NCBI GenBank assembly: GCA_963845565.1
Contig: CAWJSJ010000002.1
Location: 1,184,001-1,248,000 of the forward strand
Direction of reading: 5' to 3'
Length of the DNA: 64,000 nt
Origin: an uncultured Methylomirabilota bacterium
GTDB taxonomy: Bacteria; Methylomirabilota; Methylomirabilia; Methylomirabilales; 2-02-FULL-66-22
Below the pieces are notes generated by a model that was given only the letters and a program-made list of their open reading frames with translations, made no database searches and had not been told where the DNA came from. Of this stretch, positions 39,401 through 49,700 are shown piece by piece; the first letter of the stretch is position 1, and each line of letters starts with the position of its first letter. Position numbers and translations under genes: made by a program.

Positions 39401-40960
39401 ATGGAGCTGACACGACGGGAACTGCTGGTCCTCGGCGGCGCCGCCGGCGCCGCGACCCTGTTGAGCGTTCCGGCCCAGGCCCAGAAGCGCGGCGGGGACG
39501 TCATCGTGGGAACCATCTCTGCCCCCCCGACCACCGACGCGCAAACCACCTCTGCGGAGGTCGCCCGCAACATCAGTCTGCACTGGATCGAGACCCTGTA
39601 CGCGCGCGACGAGAATGGGAACCCCATCCCCGACCTTGCCCAGAAGTGCGATATCTCGGCGGACGGCAAGACCTACACCTTCACACTCCGACAGGGCGTG
39701 CGGTTCCACAACGGCCAGGAGATGACGGCCCAGGACGTCAAGGCCTCGATGGAACGGTACGGAAAGGTGGGCGGCAGCGCCGCCATCATGCGGTCGGTGG
39801 ACTCCATCACGCCCGCGAGCAAGTACGTGGTCCGGGTTGTACTAAAGACGCCGGTCCCCGGCTTCATCGACCAGATCAGTTCGCCGCGGGCCCCACTGGG
39901 GATCATGCCGGCCAGCGAGGGGGACAAGGACCGGAACAAGATCAGCCATATCGGCACCGGACCGTACCAGTTCATGGAGTTCAAGCCGGACAGCCACGTT
40001 CTGTTGAAGCGCTTCGACGGCTACACCCCCAACACCAACTACACCAGGCGCGACGGCTTCAGCGGCAAGAAGACCGCCTACTTCAACACCGTGACGTTTC
40101 GGCACATTCCAGAGGGCGGCGCCCGCGCCGCCGCACTCGAGACCGGCGAGATCCAGGCCGTGGACATGCTGCCTCCGCCGACCGCCGATCGCCTGAAGGG
40201 TAACAGGAATATCAAGATCTACCCGGTCATGCCCTGGGCTTTCCAGACCATCATGATCAATGCCGCCTGGGGGCCGACCGCCCATCAGAAAGTTCGGCAG
40301 GCTATTCAAGCGACGCTGGACTGCGAAGAGACCATGGCCATCGCCAGCGAAGGCCTCTATCGGCTGACGCATGGCTGGCAGCATCCGGGGACCACATACT
40401 TCGCGGGCGACATCGGCAAGGAGTTCTACAACCAGAAAAACGCCGCGAAGGCAAAGCAGCTCCTGCAAGAGGCGGGATACAAAGGGGAGGAGATCGTCTT
40501 CCTGACCGACAGCAACTACAAGAATCACCACGAGACGGCCGTGGTGGCAAGCGAGCAGCTCAAGAAGGCCGGGATGAACGTCCGCCTCAACGTCACCGAC
40601 TGGCCGACGGCGTTCAACGCCCGGCTGAAGCCGGAGGGCTGGAATTTGTGGGCCCTCGGGTTCGGCATCGAGCCGTATGAGGGGCCGTACACGGTGGCGG
40701 GCTACTTCACGAGCGAGTACGGCGGCAAGGGCGTTCAGCACACGTCCGATCCCGAGCTCGCGCGGGCCGACGCCGCCCTCAATACCTCGCTGAAGGTGGA
40801 GGACCGGATCAAGGCCTTCGCGGACTTCCAGAAGCGATTCTTCGAATTCGTGCCGGGCATCAAGGTCGGCGATCTCGGGCGATATCAGGCCACCCGGGCG
40901 AACGTGGCCGGCTACGCCCCCGGCCGGATTCCGCGGATGTGGGACTGCTGGTTCGAATAG
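39401..40960 (+). CDS. ABC transporter family-5 substrate-binding protein, Tat signal
   Basis: LTRRELL twin-arginine signal; PDLA, YTFTLRQGVRFHNG, IGTGPY. Confidence 0.92.
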   Translation: MELTRRELLVLGGAAGAATLLSVPAQAQKRGGDVIVGTISAPPTTDAQTTSAEVARNISLHWIETLYARDENGNPIPDLAQKCDISADGKTYTFTLRQGVRFHNGQEMTAQDVKASMERYGKVGGSAAIMRSVDSITPASKYVVRVVLKTPVPGFIDQISSPRAPLGIMPASEGDKDRNKISHIGTGPYQFMEFKPDSHVLLKRFDGYTPNTNYTRRDGFSGKKTAYFNTVTFRHIPEGGARAAALETGEIQAVDMLPPPTADRLKGNRNIKIYPVMPWAFQTIMINAAWGPTAHQKVRQAIQATLDCEETMAIASEGLYRLTHGWQHPGTTYFAGDIGKEFYNQKNAAKAKQLLQEAGYKGEEIVFLTDSNYKNHHETAVVASEQLKKAGMNVRLNVTDWPTAFNARLKPEGWNLWALGFGIEPYEGPYTVAGYFTSEYGGKGVQHTSDPELARADAALNTSLKVEDRIKAFADFQKRFFEFVPGIKVGDLGRYQATRANVAGYAPGRIPRMWDCWFE

Positions 40961-41048
40961 GCCGCTGCGACTGCTCACGGCGCGGAGGGGGCCGCATCGG
41001 CCCTCCCTCCGCGCACGCTCTTTCTCGGTGGTTCCCGCGGAGTCCGGC

Positions 41049-41993
41049 ATGGGCCGTTACCTGGTGTACCGGCTGCTCAGCGCCATCCCGATCCTGCTGA
41101 TCGTATCCCTGGTCTCGTTCCTGATCATCTTTCTCGTTCCTGGGGACCCCGCTTCGGAGATCGCCGGCCCGGGCGCGTCCGCCGACGAGGTGGCCCGCAT
41201 CCGCCAGTCCCTGGGCCTGGACCAGCACGTGGGCATCCAGATGCTGACCTGGTACCAGCGGCTCCTCCAAGGAGATCTGGGGCAATCAATCCTCTTGCAT
41301 CGCAGCGTGACCACCGCCATCCTCGAGCGCGCTCCCGTGACCCTGTCGCTCGCCTGCCTGGCCCTCGTGCTCTCGCTTGGACCGGCCCTCGTCCTGGGCG
41401 TCGTGGCCGCCGTCAGGCAGAACACCTGGGTCGATCAGTCCGCCATGACGATGGCGCTGCTGGGTCTCTCCCTGCCCGACTTCTGGGTGGGATTGGTGAT
41501 GATCTATCTCTTCGCGGTCTTGCTGGGATGGTTTCCGACCGGGGGATACGTGGAGCTGAGCAAGGGGATGTGGCCGTGGCTGCGGAGCCTGATCATGCCC
41601 GCGGCGGCGCTCGGCCTGGCCCAACTTGGGCTCCTGGCCCGGATCACCAGGGCCACCATGCTGGAGGTACTGCGGCAGGATTATGTCCGGACCGCGCGCG
41701 CCAAGGGCGCGCCCGAGCGGCACGTGATCGGCCGGCACGCCCTGGCGAACACGTTGATTCCCGTCGTCACGGTCATCGGCATCACCGTCGGCATCCTGCT
41801 CGGCGGGGCCGTGGTCGTGGAGTCGGTCTTCGCCCTGCCCGGCGTGGGCCGCTTGATCATCGGCGCCATTCTGCGGCGGGATTATCCGGTCATCCAGGGC
41901 GGCCTCCTGCTGACGGCCTCGATCTACGTCTTCGTCAACATCATGGTGGACATCCTGTACGCCTGGCTGGATCCGCGGGTGCGCTATGAGTGA
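41049..41993 (+). CDS. ABC peptide/nickel-type permease (OppB/DppB-like)
   Basis: PGDPA, GDLGQS, DYVRTARAKG, RDYPVIQG, DPRVR. Confidence 0.93.
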   Translation: MGRYLVYRLLSAIPILLIVSLVSFLIIFLVPGDPASEIAGPGASADEVARIRQSLGLDQHVGIQMLTWYQRLLQGDLGQSILLHRSVTTAILERAPVTLSLACLALVLSLGPALVLGVVAAVRQNTWVDQSAMTMALLGLSLPDFWVGLVMIYLFAVLLGWFPTGGYVELSKGMWPWLRSLIMPAAALGLAQLGLLARITRATMLEVLRQDYVRTARAKGAPERHVIGRHALANTLIPVVTVIGITVGILLGGAVVVESVFALPGVGRLIIGAILRRDYPVIQGGLLLTASIYVFVNIMVDILYAWLDPRVRYE

Positions 41994-42880
41994 GCCTCGG
42001 ACTCGAGGGGGCCGAGCGAGACGGCGCGGGCCGGGGGCGAAACCCGGCCTGGAAGACCTGGCGTCGCCTGCGGCGTCACCGGCTGTTCATGACAGGGTTG
42101 ATCCTCTTCGGTCTCGTGGTCGTAATCGCGCTGGCCGCGGGTCTGCTGGCTCCCCATTCCCCGAATCAGAACAATTTCCGCTATCGTCTGGGTGCGCCGA
42201 CGGGAACCTATCTGCTCGGCACCGACGGTTTCGGCCGGGACGTCCTCAGCCGGGTCCTGCATGGGGCCCGGGTGTCGCTGCGGATCGGCCTGATGGTGGT
42301 GGTTCTGAACGGCATTCTCGGCACGCTCATCGGCTCGACCGCCGGGTATTTCCGGCGGCTGGACAACGTGATCATGCGACTCATGGACGGCCTGATGGCG
42401 TTTCCCGCCATCCTGCTGGCGATTGCGCTGGTCGCCACGCTCGGCGCCTCGGAGATCAACGTGGTGCTGGCACTCACCGTCGCCTACGCGCCGCGAACGG
42501 CACGGATTGTGCGCGCGTCGGTGCTCGTCATCCGCGAGATGGAGTATGTCCAGGCCGCCATCGCGACCGGGGCCGGATATCTCCGGATCCTCTTTCGCCA
42601 TATCCTGACGAACAGCATGGCGCCGCTGATCGTCCAGCTCACGTTCATTTTCGCGGTGTCGGTCCTGGCGGAGGCGGTCTTGAGCTTCATCGGCGTCGGA
42701 CCGCCGCCGCCGACCCCCACCTGGGGCAACATCATTGCGGATGGCCGGAACTATATCCGGGAAGCCCCCTGGATTTCTTTGCTCCCGGGAATCGCCATCG
42801 CGGTGACCGTCCTGGGCCTGAACCTGCTGGGGGACGGGCTGCGCGATGTGCTCGATCCGCGGATGCGGGTCGAGCGATAG
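41990..42880 (+). CDS. ABC peptide/nickel-type permease (OppC/DppC-like)
   Basis: LGTDGFGRDVLSR, EYVQAA, PTWG, GDGLRDVLDPR. Confidence 0.93.
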   Translation: MSLGLEGAERDGAGRGRNPAWKTWRRLRRHRLFMTGLILFGLVVVIALAAGLLAPHSPNQNNFRYRLGAPTGTYLLGTDGFGRDVLSRVLHGARVSLRIGLMVVVLNGILGTLIGSTAGYFRRLDNVIMRLMDGLMAFPAILLAIALVATLGASEINVVLALTVAYAPRTARIVRASVLVIREMEYVQAAIATGAGYLRILFRHILTNSMAPLIVQLTFIFAVSVLAEAVLSFIGVGPPPPTPTWGNIIADGRNYIREAPWISLLPGIAIAVTVLGLNLLGDGLRDVLDPRMRVER

Positions 42881-43003
42881 TCGGCTGCTGAAAAACGCCC
42901 ATCTTCGGCGTTGGCTTGCTCGGGCATTCGCTGCGGCGTACCAATAGTACGCCACTCGGCGCTTCACGCTCCGCCTTGCATCTGGGCCTTTTTGAGCAGC
43001 CTG
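42881..43003 (+). mobile_element. palindromic MITE-like repeat, copy D
   Basis: TCGGCTGCTGAAAAACGCCC...GGGCCTTTTTGAGCAGCCTG, starting immediately after a TAG. Confidence 0.88.
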
Positions 43004-43040
43004 TTGGGGATTTCATTCTGCGATCTTGACGAGGTGACAC

Positions 43041-44003
43041 ATGACTGAATCGACCAATCGTTCTATCGTGCTCGTGGCGATGGGCGGACACGCGTTCATG
43101 CAGCGGGGTGAGGTCGGGGATGTCCGCGACCATGAGCGGAACGCCGTGGCGATCTGCGGCTCGCTCATGACGCTGGTCGAGCGGAATTACAACCTCGTGA
43201 TCACGCACGGGAACGGCCCCCAGGTCGGAAACCTGCTTCTCCAGAACGAGTTGACACGGGACAGCGTCCCCTCCATGCCGCTGGACGTCCTGGTCGCCAA
43301 CACCGAGGGGTTCCTGGGCTACGTCCTCCAGCAGGCTCTCCTCAACCACCTGCGCCGGCGCGAGATGAAGCGGTACGTCGTGACGATGATCACCCAAGTG
43401 TTGGTGGAGCGGGACGACCCCGCTTTTCAGAATCCGTCCAAACCCATCGGCCCCTTTCTGACGAAGGAGGAAGCCGAGGAGCGCCGGGATCGGCTGGGCT
43501 GGAAGATCTTGGAGGATGCCGGGAGGGGCTGGCGGCGCCTGGTAGCCTCGCCCCGGCCCGTGCGGGTCGTTCAACGGCTCATGATCCAAGACTCGGCGCG
43601 CGCCGGCCACATCGTGGTGGCCTGCGGCGGGGGCGGGATCCCGATCATCCGGGATGAGAATCGCGACTACGAGGGGGTCGAGGCGGTCATCGACAAGGAC
43701 CTGACGTCTTCGGTCCTGGCGGCAGAGATCGGGGCGGAACTCCTCATCATCCTCACCGATGTCCCGCAGGTGTACATCCACTACGGCAAACCGGAACAGA
43801 AAGCGCTGGGGGCGGTGACCCTGGAAGAGATCGAGGCCTTGCAGCGGGAGGGCCACTTCGCCAAGGGGAGCATGGGACCCAAGGTGGAGGCGATCGTGAA
43901 TTTCCTCAAGGCGGGCGGCAAGCGCGGCCTGATCACCAGCCCCGCGCGGCTCGCCGACGCCATGGACGGCCGCGCCGGTACCCATTTCATCGGGAAAATC
44001 TGA
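43041..44003 (+). CDS. arcC: carbamate kinase
   Basis: THGNGPQVG, PSKPIGPF, GGGGIP, GVEAVIDKD, GSMGPKVEA. Confidence 0.95.
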   Translation: MTESTNRSIVLVAMGGHAFMQRGEVGDVRDHERNAVAICGSLMTLVERNYNLVITHGNGPQVGNLLLQNELTRDSVPSMPLDVLVANTEGFLGYVLQQALLNHLRRREMKRYVVTMITQVLVERDDPAFQNPSKPIGPFLTKEEAEERRDRLGWKILEDAGRGWRRLVASPRPVRVVQRLMIQDSARAGHIVVACGGGGIPIIRDENRDYEGVEAVIDKDLTSSVLAAEIGAELLIILTDVPQVYIHYGKPEQKALGAVTLEEIEALQREGHFAKGSMGPKVEAIVNFLKAGGKRGLITSPARLADAMDGRAGTHFIGKI

Positions 44004-44143
44004 CGCCGAAATTCCATCGGTGACGGGCAGACGGTCACGGGGAAGGAAAGCAACGGTCGGCAGACGCGGGCGGGCCAGCGCGTGCGCAGGATCGGCAGGG
44101 CTGAGCGCTAGGGTCGGTAGGCGGCGGGTCGATTTCCACGTAT

Positions 44144-44182
44144 CGACCAAGGGGCGGCTCCAGCGGAGCCGCCCCTTGGTCG
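44144..44182 (+). terminator. 18-bp hairpin downstream of arcC
   Basis: CGACCAAGGGGCGGCTCC-agc-GGAGCCGCCCCTTGGTCG then TTT. Confidence 0.6.
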
Positions 44183-44394
44183 TTTGGTCGCGGTTCGGCC
44201 GGGTAAACCGGATCGGGCGGTCTCCTCGCGCGGGCCGTTCCAGATGTGCGCGCCACGCGGATCCTTCAGCGGCGTGCCTGGCGGACGCATGCGGGGACCC
44301 CGCGCTGGGGGCGAACGGCGAACGCCTGACGGCTCTGATTGTTCCAGCCGGCCCATAGGAAGTACCACTGACTGAACCACTGGCCGAAACCCCG

Positions 44395-44453
44395 TTGACA
44401 GGGACGGCCCGTTCATGGTCCCATTACACACTAGGATTGTATACAGGATACAG
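44395..44453 (+). promoter_or_regulatory. sigma70-like promoter with GntR operator-like site
   Basis: TTGACA at 44395; TTGTATACAGGATACAG. Confidence 0.5.
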
Positions 44454-44493
44454 AAACGGGATGGGCGGTGACCGCCCGACAAGGTTAGTGCGA

Positions 44494-45258
44494 ATGCAAT
44501 TCTCCGCATTCAGCCGGGGAAAGTCGGTTCGCCAGTTGGCGTACGAGACCCTCTACCGGGCGATCTGCACGGGGGAACTCACGGCGGGCACGCGGTTGGT
44601 GGAAGAGGAGCTCGCCGAGCAGATGCACATCAGCCGGACTCCCATCCGCGAGGCGCTCCGACGGTTGGAATCGGAGGGACTGATCGCCCACGCGCACGGA
44701 AAGGGGGCCAGCGTCGTCGGTTTCAATCGCGATGACGTGATTGAGCTGTATTCGATCCGCGAAGCGTTGGAGGCATTGGCGATTCATCACACCATCCGGC
44801 ACGTCACCAGAGAAGAGATCACCCAACTCAATGCCATCGTCGATAAGATGCGCTCGAATCTTCACAGCAAGGATGTGAGTGCACATTTCGAGTGCAATCA
44901 GAAATTCAACGACCTGTTGATCGAGACCTGCAAGATGCCGAGACTGATTCGGCTCATCAACACCTATCGTGAGCATCTCCACCATTTCCGCTACGCGGCC
45001 ATGGGCAAGCACGAAGCCAGAATGCTGGAGGCGTTTCGAGAGCACGAGCAGATTCTGCGCGCCATCATCGCGAAAGACGCTGAGAAGGCCGATTCCCTGG
45101 TGAGACAGCACCTGCAAGCGGCGAAGCGCGCGTACACCTCGGGAAACTGCCCAGCGGAAAGCGCGGGTGTGCGATATCGCACGCCGCAGAAGGCCCCTGA
45201 CGTGCCCGCTCCCCAAGGCCTTCGCGGGGGCGGTGAGACCGTTTCTCGGAAAGTGTAA
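44494..45258 (+). CDS. GntR family regulator (FCD domain)
   Basis: GTRLVEEELAEQMHISRTPIREALRRLESEGL, EHEQIL. Confidence 0.92.
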   Translation: MQFSAFSRGKSVRQLAYETLYRAICTGELTAGTRLVEEELAEQMHISRTPIREALRRLESEGLIAHAHGKGASVVGFNRDDVIELYSIREALEALAIHHTIRHVTREEITQLNAIVDKMRSNLHSKDVSAHFECNQKFNDLLIETCKMPRLIRLINTYREHLHHFRYAAMGKHEARMLEAFREHEQILRAIIAKDAEKADSLVRQHLQAAKRAYTSGNCPAESAGVRYRTPQKAPDVPAPQGLRGGGETVSRKV

Positions 45259-45400
45259 TCTGGGCCCGGTACGACGCTGGCCGTTCGGGATGGTGGAAGC
45301 CAGATTCCCGCCGTGCAGGTCCAAGGGCGGCTCGAGAACAGGGCGGTCTCAGCATGCCACACCCTGATTGTCCCGACTACCTCAACAAGGAGGAACACGC

Positions 45401-46381
45401 ATGAAGACGAATGGGTGGTTGCTGCTCGCGGTTGTTGCGGGGGTGTTGGCTTTACAGGGGCCCGTGGACGCGGCCTGGGAGCCCAAGGGGCAGATGGAAT
45501 GCATCGCCCCCTCGAACCCCGGCGGAGGCTGGGATGCTATCTGCCGCACGACGGCCGCCGTCCTCCAGAAAACCGGTATCACCAAGGAAACCATGTACGT
45601 TACCAACATGCCGGGAGGCAGTGGCGCGGTGGCCATCGCCAACGTCATCACCAAGCGGAAGGGGGATACCAACCTGCTGGTGGCCGCCTCCAACGCCCTC
45701 ACGCTCACCATCGCCATGAAGCGGACCGCTCACACTTTCAACGATGTCATTCCGCTGGCACAGGTCGGTGCCGAGATCGGCGGGTTCTTCGTCAAGGCCG
45801 ACTCCAAGTACAAGACCCTCGCCGATCTCGTGACCGCCCTCAAGAAGGACCCGAAAGCCGCGACCTTCGCGGGCGGCTCGGCCCCGGGAAGCCTGGACCA
45901 TATCAAGGCCGCCGTGTTTGCCAAGGCGATCGGCGTGGACGCGACGAAGGTGGCGTACGTGCCGTTCCAGGGTGGTGGGGAGGCGATGACCTCTCTCCTG
46001 GGGGGGCACACGGACGTCGCCGCCATCGACCTCTCGGAAGCTGCGGGCCAACTTGAGGCCGGAAAGGTCCGGTGCCTGGGCCTCTTGTCCGAGAAGCGTT
46101 CCACCAAGTTTAAGGACATCCCCACCACCTTCGAGCAGAACGTCAAGGTTGCCTTCCCCATCTGGCGCGGACTCTACATGGCGCCGGGCGTGCCGGCGGA
46201 GGCGGTGGCGTTCTGGTCCGGCGCGATCCAGAAGATGGTGGCCAGCAAGGAGTGGGACGCCAACCGTGAGCGGCTGGGTTGGGAGCCGACGTACAAGTTC
46301 GGCGACGACATCGTGAAGTTCGTGAAGGACGAGACGGCCACCATGCAATCACTGCTGAAGGAGCTCGGCTTCCTAAAGTAG
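45401..46381 (+). CDS. tctC: tripartite tricarboxylate transporter substrate-binding protein
   Basis: AAGGAGG RBS, PSNPGGGWD, NMPGGSG, PFQGGGEA, WRG. Confidence 0.93.
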   Translation: MKTNGWLLLAVVAGVLALQGPVDAAWEPKGQMECIAPSNPGGGWDAICRTTAAVLQKTGITKETMYVTNMPGGSGAVAIANVITKRKGDTNLLVAASNALTLTIAMKRTAHTFNDVIPLAQVGAEIGGFFVKADSKYKTLADLVTALKKDPKAATFAGGSAPGSLDHIKAAVFAKAIGVDATKVAYVPFQGGGEAMTSLLGGHTDVAAIDLSEAAGQLEAGKVRCLGLLSEKRSTKFKDIPTTFEQNVKVAFPIWRGLYMAPGVPAEAVAFWSGAIQKMVASKEWDANRERLGWEPTYKFGDDIVKFVKDETATMQSLLKELGFLK

Positions 46382-46485
46382 GTCGAGCTGGCGGCCCCCC
46401 GGCACTATGCCTTTCTGGGGGTCAAACGTATCCTATGTCCGTCTCCGCGTCGTCGCGAGCGTCGCGGCGGCGCGGAGACGGCAAC

Positions 46486-47034
46486 GTGAGGGTGACTCTC
46501 GTGAGCGCTTCCGTGAAGGGCAGGAGACGCAACCGCCTCGAAGGGCTGGCCATCCTCTTAGTGGCCGGTGGTTATCTGTGGGAAGCCCACAACGTCCCCG
46601 ATCTTTTTCAAATGCCCGGCGTGCCAGGACCGACGACATTTCCGTACCTTTTGGGGATTGTCTTCGCATTCGCCGGCCTGTGGCTGCTCGTCTCGCCTGC
46701 CGACCTTTTGGCCCACCGGCGGCAGCCGGCGGCAGAAGGCCGTGCGGAGGAACGCCCAACCCCCGCAAAGGGTCTCTGGACGCGGCTCACCACCGACTGG
46801 CACTTTTACACCATGTGGATCGTGGTCGTGGGCTACCTTGCTTTCATGCCGTTCGTCGGCTTCCCGGTGGCGACATTCGTCCTGCTGGCCGTGTTCACGT
46901 TCCTCCTGGGGGAAGCGCGCTGGTGGGTCATCGTGGGTCTCGCCCTCGTGGTGACGACGGTAATTCACCTCGGGTTCGCCAAGGGACTGAACGTCCGGCT
47001 GCCGCTCGGCGTGCTGGAATCGCTGTTGAAGTGA
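46486..47034 (+). CDS. tctB: tripartite tricarboxylate transporter small membrane protein
   Basis: GPTTFP, 4 TM, LNVRLPLG; start uncertain. Confidence 0.85.
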   Translation: MRVTLVSASVKGRRRNRLEGLAILLVAGGYLWEAHNVPDLFQMPGVPGPTTFPYLLGIVFAFAGLWLLVSPADLLAHRRQPAAEGRAEERPTPAKGLWTRLTTDWHFYTMWIVVVGYLAFMPFVGFPVATFVLLAVFTFLLGEARWWVIVGLALVVTTVIHLGFAKGLNVRLPLGVLESLLK

Positions 47035-47111
47035 CCGAGCCGACCCTGACGCACGCTCGACCGCTCTCGGTGCGACGCCTCAACCGCGACTAAGGTGAAG
47101 GAGTAGCCCCC

Positions 47112-48623
47112 ATGTTCGAGTATCTCCTGAGCGGGTTTGCGGTGGCCCTCCAGCCCATGAACCTGTTGATCGCCTTGGTGGGATGTTTGGTGGGGACGCT
47201 GATCGGCGTTCTTCCAGGTCTGGGACCGACGGCCACCCTCGCCATGCTGATTCCCTTGGTTTTTAGTATGCCCCCGGCGACCGCCCTGATCCTGCTCACA
47301 TCGGTGTACTACGGGTCCATGTACGGAGGTTCCACCACTTCGATCCTGGTGAACATCCCGGGGGAGTCCGCCTCGGTCATCACCTGCCTGGACGGCAACA
47401 AGATGGCGCTGCAGGGCCGGGCGGGACCGGCCCTGGCCATCGCCGCCATCGGGTCGTTCATCGCCGGGACTTTTGCCGTTCTTGTGCTTACTCTGGTGGG
47501 CGCCCCGGTGGCCGGCTACGCCCTTCACTTCGGCCCCGCGGAATTCTTTGCCCTGATGGTCTTCGGGTTGTCCACGGTAGCGAGCCTGACCGGCACCAAT
47601 GTCGTCAAGTCCGTGATCACGACCTGCTTCGGCCTGATGATTGCCACGGTCGGCATCGACCTCGTTTCCGGCGCCCCCCGGTATACCTTCGGCAATCCCT
47701 TCCTCCAGGACGGCATCGACTTCGTGGTGGTGGCCATCGGGATGTTCGCGTTCACCGAGGTCATCGTCACGGCCATCGAAGTACGCGAGGGGACCCGGGC
47801 GGAGATCATCAAGGCGGAGCGCATCTGGCTCAGCTGGGAGGAGTTCAAGTACAGCGTGCCGTCTATCTCGCGGGGAACCGTGTTCGGCTTTCTGGTGGGG
47901 ATGCTCCCTGGAGCCGGTGCCACGCTGTCCACGTTCATTGCCTATAACCTGGAAAAGCGGATCTGCAAGCATCCCGAACGACTTGGTACAGGAGACATCC
48001 GAGGGGTGGCCTGCCCCGAGGCGGCCAACAACGCGGCCAGCGGGGCCTCCCTGGTTCCCCTGCTCACCCTGGGACTGCCGGGCGGCGGTGCCACCGCAGT
48101 CATGCTGGGCGCCCTGATGATGCTGGACATCACTCCAGGCCCGCTGCTCTTCCAGAAGCACGGGGCCATGGTCTGGGCGTTGATCGCCAGTATGTATGTG
48201 GGCAACGCCCTGCTCCTCATCCTCAACTGGCCTCTGGTGAACGTCTTCGCCCGCGTGATGTCAGTGCCGGCCAAGTACCTGATGCCCATCGTTTTGGTGA
48301 TCTCCACCATCGGGGTCTGGTCGCTGTCCTACAGCTCGGTGGACCTGCTTCTCGCCGCGGGCGCTGGCATGCTCGGCTATTACCTCCGCCGGAACAAGTA
48401 TCCCATCGAGCCACTCATTCTGGGTCTCATCCTCGGGGGGCGGATGGAGCAGGCCTACCGGCAGGCGCTCATCATCTCCAAGGGAAGCAATTTCATCTTC
48501 TTCACGAAACCGATCTCGCTCACCTTGCTTGTGGGCGCAGTGCTATTCCTGTTCCTGCCGACGCTCCTGGCCAAGGCGAAGCAGTTCCAGTCGGCCCGGG
48601 CAGCGAGCGAGGGGGCGGCGTAA
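47112..48623 (+). CDS. tctA: tripartite tricarboxylate transporter permease
   Basis: [37 protein letters not shown]. Confidence 0.95.
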   Translation: MFEYLLSGFAVALQPMNLLIALVGCLVGTLIGVLPGLGPTATLAMLIPLVFSMPPATALILLTSVYYGSMYGGSTTSILVNIPGESASVITCLDGNKMALQGRAGPALAIAAIGSFIAGTFAVLVLTLVGAPVAGYALHFGPAEFFALMVFGLSTVASLTGTNVVKSVITTCFGLMIATVGIDLVSGAPRYTFGNPFLQDGIDFVVVAIGMFAFTEVIVTAIEVREGTRAEIIKAERIWLSWEEFKYSVPSISRGTVFGFLVGMLPGAGATLSTFIAYNLEKRICKHPERLGTGDIRGVACPEAANNAASGASLVPLLTLGLPGGGATAVMLGALMMLDITPGPLLFQKHGAMVWALIASMYVGNALLLILNWPLVNVFARVMSVPAKYLMPIVLVISTIGVWSLSYSSVDLLLAAGAGMLGYYLRRNKYPIEPLILGLILGGRMEQAYRQALIISKGSNFIFFTKPISLTLLVGAVLFLFLPTLLAKAKQFQSARAASEGAA

Positions 48624-48673
48624 CTGGTTGTGGGCGTCGGCGCGTGCGCCGAGACGGGTGACGCGAGGGTTCG

Positions 48674-49681
48674 ATGACGGGAGCGGTTCCCCTGCTGTCA
48701 GAGCGCGATCGCCTCGAGGCGCGCAAGCTCATCGAATCGGAGGGGCTGCGATTCGAGACCGACGCCGACGACATCGTGGGGCTCTACGACGGAGAGCGCT
48801 TGGTCGCCACCGGCTCACGGGCAGGGTACGTGCTCAAGATGCTGGCGATCGCCCCCAGCCAGCAGGGGGGGGACGCGCTGGGAGAACTCGTCACGCTGCT
48901 CATGCAGCGGGGCATGGATGCAGGGCATGAGACGTTTTTCGTCTACACCCGCCCCGAGCACGCTCCATCCTTCGAACGACTCAATTTCCGACTCCTCGTC
49001 ACGCACGGCACGGCAGCTCTCTTGGAGATCGGCCTCGGGATCAGGGAATACCTCGACACGCACCGAACGCTGGTGCGTCCCGGACGAAACGGCGCCATCG
49101 TCGTCAACGGTAATCCCTTCACGCTGGGACACCTGCACCTCGCAGAGACGGCCGCCCGGCGGGTGGATCACCTGTATCTCTTCGTGGTGCACGAAGATCG
49201 GTCCGTGTTCCCGTTCGCCGCGCGCCTTCGTCTGGCGCGGGAGGCGACGGCGCACCTCCCGAACGTATTGGTGCTCGAGACGTCGCGGTATGCGGTCAGC
49301 GCCGGCACGTTCCCGTCGTACTTCCTCAAGCGGCTCGACGACGCGGCCTTGCTCCAAATGCAGTTCGATGTGCGGCTTTTCGGCTCCGTGCTTGCGCCGC
49401 CGTTCTCGGTGCGGGCGCGTTTCGTGGGGGACGAGCCGTACTGCGCGACGACGGCCGCGTACAACCGCACGATGGCGGAAGTGCTGAGCGAGTACGAAAT
49501 CACGTGGACGCAGATTCCGCGGCTGGCACACGGCGGCGCGGCCATCAGCGCCAGCCGCGTGCGGGAGTGCCTGGGCCGCCGCGACCTCGATCGCGTGGCG
49601 TCATGGGTGCCTCCGGCAACCATGACATTCCTCCGCTCCCGAGAGGGTGAGGCCATCGCGCAGCGCCTGGCGGACTCCTAG
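48674..49681 (+). CDS. citC: [citrate (pro-3S)-lyase] ligase
   Basis: GNAT-like N-terminus, NGNPFTLGH, TFPSYFLK, RFVGDEP, ISASRVR. Confidence 0.92.
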   Translation: MTGAVPLLSERDRLEARKLIESEGLRFETDADDIVGLYDGERLVATGSRAGYVLKMLAIAPSQQGGDALGELVTLLMQRGMDAGHETFFVYTRPEHAPSFERLNFRLLVTHGTAALLEIGLGIREYLDTHRTLVRPGRNGAIVVNGNPFTLGHLHLAETAARRVDHLYLFVVHEDRSVFPFAARLRLAREATAHLPNVLVLETSRYAVSAGTFPSYFLKRLDDAALLQMQFDVRLFGSVLAPPFSVRARFVGDEPYCATTAAYNRTMAEVLSEYEITWTQIPRLAHGGAAISASRVRECLGRRDLDRVASWVPPATMTFLRSREGEAIAQRLADS

Positions 49682-49700
49682 GAGGAGAGTCGCTCTTACC

